Below, in pieces: positions 22,052 through 24,000 of a stretch of 24,000 bases of DNA. Below the pieces are notes generated by a model that saw nothing but the letters and a program-made list of their open reading frames with translations, was not told the DNA's origin and searched no databases. A program made the position numbers and the translations under genes. The DNA is from Candidatus Iainarchaeum sp. (GTDB lineage: Archaea > Iainarchaeota > Iainarchaeia > Iainarchaeales > DTGL01): the NCBI GenBank assembly GCA_017608575.1, contig JAFCFP010000001.1, forward strand, positions 23,599 to 47,598, given 5' to 3'. Position 1 is the stretch's first letter. Each line of letters opens with the position of its first letter.

Positions 22052-24000
22052 ATGGTTGTGGTTGAAAAATCCGATTTTGAAGCAGACAAAAGCCCATTTG
22101 TCAGCAAATTCCAGCGTTTTTTTGAATCCGTGTATAAAAAGGAAATAGAAAAACTGGCAGAATCCTATCCCGAAAAACGCTCCTTGTTAGTGGATTTCTC
22201 TGAATTGGAAAAATTTGACTTCAAACTAGCTGATGCCCTGCTTGAAAACCCAGATGAATTGCTTTCAGCTGCAGAATTTGCCGTGGAAGGAATGGATGTT
22301 CCAACACTGGAAGAAGAACGCTTTAAACCACATGTTCGCTTTTTTAATTTGCCTGAAGACCGCAAAATTCTCCTCAGAAACATTGGCTCAAAGCACTTGG
22401 GAAAACTCATAACAATAGAGGGCATAATTAAACAAATAACCGATGTTTTGCCGCAATTAAAAATGGCAACATTTCGCTGCAATCGCTGTGGCAACATTTA
22501 CAGAGTGCTCCAAAGCTCAAAGCAATTAAAACAACCGGATTTTTGTTCCTGCCATCACAGGGATTTCACTCTTTTAACCGAGGACTCTGACTTCATTGAC
22601 TTTCAAAAAATCCAATTGCAAGAACCATTAGAGGCACTAAAAGGCAATGAACAACCAACAACAATTGATGTTTACATTAATGATGATTTGGTAAACCAGG
22701 TTTCAGTGGGAGACAAAATAGAGCTCTCGGGAATACTGCGCTTAAGGCCAACAAAAAACCAAAGCCTCGTATTTGGAAGATTCCTTGAATGCAATTTTTT
22801 AGAGGAAACCGCACGTGGCTTTGAAGAAGTTGAAATAACAAAAGAAGAAGAACAACAAATAAGAGAACTCGCAAAAGACCCTGCAATTTATGAAAAACTA
22901 ATTGGAAGCGTTGCGCCGGCAATTTATGGACACGAAATAGTGAAGGAAGCAATAATCCTCCAATTATTCGGCGGAGTTAAAAAAATCCTTCCAGGAAACC
23001 AATCCATTAGGGGAAACATTCACGTTCTATTAGTGGGAGACCCAGGTGTTGCAAAATCACAATTATTGCAGGCAGCCAATTCCATTGCTCCAAAAAGCAT
23101 TTATGTTGGTGGAAAAACCACTACAGGTGTTGGCTTGACAGCAACAGCTGTAAAAGATGAATTCGGTGAAGGTGGTTGGACACTTAAAGCAGGCGCACTT
23201 GTTTTGGCTTCAGGTGGAACAACAATGGCAGATGAATTGGACAAAATGAATGCAGAAGACCGCACTGCATTGCATGAATGCATGGAACAAGGAACCATTA
23301 GCGTGGCAAAAGCAGGAATAATAACTCGTTTTAAAACAGACACAAGCATTCTGGCAGCAGCAAATCCAAAGCTTTCGCGCTTTGATCCATACACTCCATT
23401 CATTGAACAAGTTGACTTGCCTCCAACACTTGTATCACGCTTTGATTTGTTTTTCATGATAAGGGATGTATTGGATAGAACCAGAGATTCAGAGATTGCC
23501 TCGCATATATTGAGAACACACCAGGCTGGAGCAAAATTATTCAAGGCACGCCTTAAAGGAGAAAAACTCAAAAAAAGTGAACTTGAAGCAATAAATGAAT
23601 TGGTTGCACCAGCAATAGAGCCAGAATTATTACGAAAATATATTGCTTTTGCTCGCCAAAACGTTTTTCCAACTCTTTCAAAGGAAGCAATTGAAATAAT
23701 TTCCGATTTTTATGTTGGATTGCGTGAACGCGGAAAAGAAGAAGGCACTTACACTGCAACGCACAGACAACTTGAAGGACTTGTCAGGTTAAGTGAAGCC
23801 TCTGCAAGGGTTCGCTTAAGCGACATTGTTGAAGAACAGGACGCTGAACGCGCTGTGCGTTTGGTGAGATCCTCACTCAAGGATGTTGTAACCGATCCTG
23901 AAACAGGCAAAATTGACTTTGATATGGTTTTAACCGGAAAAACCCATACAAAAATAGAGGGAATGCGCACCATTTTAAGAATTGTGAAAGAAAAAGCCCA
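22052..24000 (+). CDS. mcm: MCM replicative helicase (3' end beyond the window)
   Basis: Absent from the ORF track because there is no stop before the edge. My translation from ATG 22052 (in-frame TAG at 22037) gives zinc finger CNRCGN...CSCHH, Walker A GDPGVAKS (23036..23059), Walker B ADELDKM, sensor-1 SILAAANP and arginine finger SRFDLFF. No intein in the visible part. Confidence 0.92.
   Translation, partial: MVVVEKSDFEADKSPFVSKFQRFFESVYKKEIEKLAESYPEKRSLLVDFSELEKFDFKLADALLENPDELLSAAEFAVEGMDVPTLEEERFKPHVRFFNLPEDRKILLRNIGSKHLGKLITIEGIIKQITDVLPQLKMATFRCNRCGNIYRVLQSSKQLKQPDFCSCHHRDFTLLTEDSDFIDFQKIQLQEPLEALKGNEQPTTIDVYINDDLVNQVSVGDKIELSGILRLRPTKNQSLVFGRFLECNFLEETARGFEEVEITKEEEQQIRELAKDPAIYEKLIGSVAPAIYGHEIVKEAIILQLFGGVKKILPGNQSIRGNIHVLLVGDPGVAKSQLLQAANSIAPKSIYVGGKTTTGVGLTATAVKDEFGEGGWTLKAGALVLASGGTTMADELDKMNAEDRTALHECMEQGTISVAKAGIITRFKTDTSILAAANPKLSRFDPYTPFIEQVDLPPTLVSRFDLFFMIRDVLDRTRDSEIASHILRTHQAGAKLFKARLKGEKLKKSELEAINELVAPAIEPELLRKYIAFARQNVFPTLSKEAIEIISDFYVGLRERGKEEGTYTATHRQLEGLVRLSEASARVRLSDIVEEQDAERAVRLVRSSLKDVVTDPETGKIDFDMVLTGKTHTKIEGMRTILRIVKEKA

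Noticed and set aside
22165-23973. Series of - strand ORFs (110, 91, 156, 66, 63, 74 aa)
   Set aside because: All are antisense to the continuous + strand MCM reading frame, which carries every canonical MCM motif.

Overview
AT-rich, very gene-dense archaeal chromosome segment. Archaeal hallmarks: ribosomal protein L15e, aIF5A, an Sm protein, MCM helicase, archaeal-type ApgM, class III signal-peptide pilin-like genes, a tRNA intron bounded by a bulge-helix-bulge motif, and BRE/TATA-type promoters. Small K/E/I-rich proteins, start/stop overlaps and a short MetRS suggest a reduced-genome (DPANN-like) archaeon; this is inference only. I call 28 CDS and 3 tRNAs (Val-GAC, Ala-GGC, and Ser-CGA with a 161-nt intron). 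MCM is missing from the ORF track because it runs off the right edge, and a partial pilin-like gene runs off the left edge. Several track starts are TTG/GTG artefacts, which I re-set to ATGs preceded by GGTG-type Shine-Dalgarno sequences. No CRISPR array, transposase, integrase or recognisable defence system is visible. Main second-look items: (1) the very large, internally repetitive tRNA-Ser intron; (2) an 835-aa coiled-coil protein with 14 exact 11-residue repeats, flanked by two tRNA genes; (3) aIF5A with Arg at the hypusine lysine position; (4) a single-repeat TBP-like mini-protein next to aIF5A; (5) three membrane-protein genes, each with the same 14-nt promoter core; (6) a MinD / DUF4388-like / Sm cluster; (7) an MtnA plus class II aldolase pair. 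All family calls come from motif recognition by eye; no database search was run.
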